From: Pseudodesulfovibrio mercurii
GTDB lineage: Bacteria; Desulfobacterota; Desulfovibrionia; Desulfovibrionales; Desulfovibrionaceae
Direction: 5' to 3'
Assembly (NCBI RefSeq): GCF_000189295.2
Contig: NC_016803.1
Location: forward strand, 2,640,001 to 2,672,000
DNA: 32,000 nt
Shown here: in pieces, positions 30,251 through 32,000 of the stretch
Layout of the letters: each line of letters starts with the position of its first letter
Numbering within the stretch: the stretch's first letter is position 1
The notes under the pieces: model-generated
The model's input: the letters and a program-made list of their open reading frames with translations, nothing else
What the model was told of the DNA's origin: nothing
The model's database searches: none
Made by a program: the position numbers and the translations under genes

Positions 30251-31096
30251 CTAGGGTTTGTTGATAACCACCCGGTCCGCCGATTTGCCGAAAAAGTGAT
30301 AGCCGGAACCGCCTTCCCCGAGGACTTCCAGGAGCCGGTCCGGATCGGTGGCCATGACGCCGCCGATGGCGTTGACCCCTCGGGAGAAGAATGCCTCGGG
30401 GAGCATGCTTGCGGTCGGTCCGACCACGATGACGTCGGCGGAGGGCTTGGCCGTGGCCAGCAGGTCCTCCAGCGTGTCGTTGATCAGGGTCGTGCCGGTG
30501 ATGATGAGCAGGTCCGCTTCGGCGACCTTTTCCATTGCGTGCTCCGCCGGGACGAAGTGGTCCATCTCATCGGGCTTGAGGGTCCGGATGTCCTTTTCCA
30601 GAATGGAGAAGTCCCGGTTGCCTTGTTTGAGCATCTTCAGATAGGGGACCAGCGCGCCGACCACCACGGCCTTGCCGCCCTCGGGGTACGCATAGTTGTC
30701 CAGGGGATCGGCATTGTGCCGGATGACGTAGTCGCCCGGAGCCCTGTCCGCCCAGATGGTGTTGGACAGTGCGTTCATGACGGCGATGCCGATGGCCCGT
30801 CTCATGGCGTTGCCGCTGAACATGTGGTCGATGATCTTGGCCGCGGGCGTCCCGGCGAGGTTGCCGGAGTTGGGCATGGCCCGGGCCGAACTGGGACAGC
30901 ACACGGCCTCGGGTATGGTCTTGATCGGCGTGAAGCAGAGCCCGCCCTGGCCGTTGGTCAATTTCACTCCCGTGAAAAAGATGCCGACTACCACCCGCTC
31001 CACCGCGATGTCGTCCAAACGCGGGCCGAGTGCGGCCTTGATGCTCGTTATGGTTTCGGCCAGGATGCCGGTGGTCTTGTTCGATTCAGGTTGCAT
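30251..31096 (-). CDS. DUF4213/DUF364 protein (Rossmann-like, 'putative heavy-metal chelation' family)
   Basis: 281 aa from the ATG at 31096. 'VVVGALVPY..', 'DLLIITGTTLINDTL' and 'VIVVGPTASMLPE' match the family layout as I remember it. Confidence 0.7.
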   Translation of the reverse strand: MQPESNKTTGILAETITSIKAALGPRLDDIAVERVVVGIFFTGVKLTNGQGGLCFTPIKTIPEAVCCPSSARAMPNSGNLAGTPAAKIIDHMFSGNAMRRAIGIAVMNALSNTIWADRAPGDYVIRHNADPLDNYAYPEGGKAVVVGALVPYLKMLKQGNRDFSILEKDIRTLKPDEMDHFVPAEHAMEKVAEADLLIITGTTLINDTLEDLLATAKPSADVIVVGPTASMLPEAFFSRGVNAIGGVMATDPDRLLEVLGEGGSGYHFFGKSADRVVINKP

Positions 31097-31137
31097 GACA
31101 TGCCCTTGTACAGGTTGAGGATTATTCGACTGGACCG

Positions 31138-32000
31138 TCAGCAGCAGGAGCAGCAGGCGGCCGTTTCGCATTCCGGGGCCACGCTTTCCGCCGCCGTCTT
31201 CACGGCGAGGTGCAGGTTCGCGGCGCCGAAGGGGCCGGGGATTTCCCTGGCGGCGACGATGCTGAAGCCGCACTCCTCGATCAGCCCGGTGAACTGTTCG
31301 ATGCGGCACAGCGGGTGGCCGAAGCTCAGGAAGGATTTGTCCATTTCCAGCAGCCCGTTTTGCGGAACGCACCCCGGCGCGCAGAACCAGTGGTTGGAGA
31401 CCAGCAGTCCGCCCGGCCGGAGGGCATTTCTGATTTTATTGAAGAATTCCGGCATGTTTTTTCTGAACTTGTACAGGACGTGCGAGATCAGGACGATGTC
31501 GAACCCCTCGCCGATATCGTCCGTGTCGATGTCGCCGCCTTGGGCCGTCAGCCGTTCGGCCATGCCGTATTCCCGGAGAAAGGCCCTGGTTTCGGACATG
31601 ACGTGCGGCTTGTCGAAGACGACGCCGCCCAGGCCGCCGTTGGCCTGGCACAGGGCGATGGCGTAGAGGCCGTGGCCGCCGCCCAGGTCCAGGACCGTGC
31701 GCGCCCGGGGGAACTGGTCCCAGGCGAGGATTTCCCGGACCACGCCCTGCAACTCTCCGCGCAGGGAGCGCTGTCCCAGGGCGCGGATGAAATCGGTCCG
31801 CGGGGCCTGGTCAAAGGCGTAGGCCTCGGGCTTGTCCTTTTGCAGCTGCGCGGTCAGGTTGCTCCAACGGGAGTTGGCGCCGGTGTCCTCGTTGATCCAG
31901 CCGCCCTGGAACAGGGGACTTTCCCGCACGAGGAAGGCGTCGGCCATCGGGGAGTTGGCGAATTTCTCCGTATCCTCGGTGATCAGCCCCAACTCCCTGA
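31138..32000 (-). CDS. Class I SAM-dependent (O-)methyltransferase with Cys-rich C-terminal tail; 5' end probably outside window
   Basis: 'VLDLGGGHGLYA' (motif I), 'DIVLISHVLY' and 'LRPGGLLV'. C-terminus ..ECETAACCSCC-stop. The frame stays open to the window edge. Confidence 0.8.
   Translation of the reverse strand, partial: RELGLITEDTEKFANSPMADAFLVRESPLFQGGWINEDTGANSRWSNLTAQLQKDKPEAYAFDQAPRTDFIRALGQRSLRGELQGVVREILAWDQFPRARTVLDLGGGHGLYAIALCQANGGLGGVVFDKPHVMSETRAFLREYGMAERLTAQGGDIDTDDIGEGFDIVLISHVLYKFRKNMPEFFNKIRNALRPGGLLVSNHWFCAPGCVPQNGLLEMDKSFLSFGHPLCRIEQFTGLIEECGFSIVAAREIPGPFGAANLHLAVKTAAESVAPECETAACCSCC

Overview
High-GC chromosomal window, Desulfovibrionaceae-like by gene content (inference). 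I call about 32 protein-coding genes and saw no rRNA, tRNA, CRISPR array, transposase or integrase. All family names come from motif recognition by eye, not from searches.

Left to right:
1. 1-2033: a truncated prophage head-module fragment (portal C-terminus, a small protein, a scaffold-like protein). It ends at a three-tier nested palindrome (2036-2158).
2. 2254-3452: a cassette that becomes visibly AT-richer from about 2690, with a frame-disrupted ORF and a convergent 138-aa orphan.
3. 3701-6258: an MBOAT O-acyltransferase with a DltD/SGNH-like partner.
4. 6287-9217: a tightly packed minus-strand operon of YedE, a TusA-like protein, a DUF3343 fusion, a YjeF_C-like protein and a DUF1858 CxxC protein. 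This looks like selenium/sulfur trafficking.
5. 9515-10859: a PA2779/PA2778 pair (a C39-like lipoprotein peptidase and its partner).
6. 11012-16277: housekeeping genes, namely rlmN, an orphan substrate-binding protein, a small conserved protein, nfo, a HAD hydrolase and a DUF362 Fe-S protein.
7. 16425-23385: an operon joining an AroY/LpdC-type UbiD decarboxylase, UbiX and an LpdD-like protein to a MoaD-like protein and an aldehyde:ferredoxin oxidoreductase. A divergent LysR regulator and an unclassified polytopic membrane protein flank it. This is my best candidate for an undescribed system.
8. 23761-29867: an MFS transporter, a TIGR01777 epimerase-like protein, an NtrY-like histidine kinase preceded by a DUF4390-like protein, and a tandem USP.
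9. 30251-32000: a DUF364 protein and a SAM methyltransferase with a CCSCC tail (5' end off-window).

Several intergenic regions share a family of GC-rich palindromic repeat modules. Many long ORFs in the six-frame track are GC-driven artefacts.
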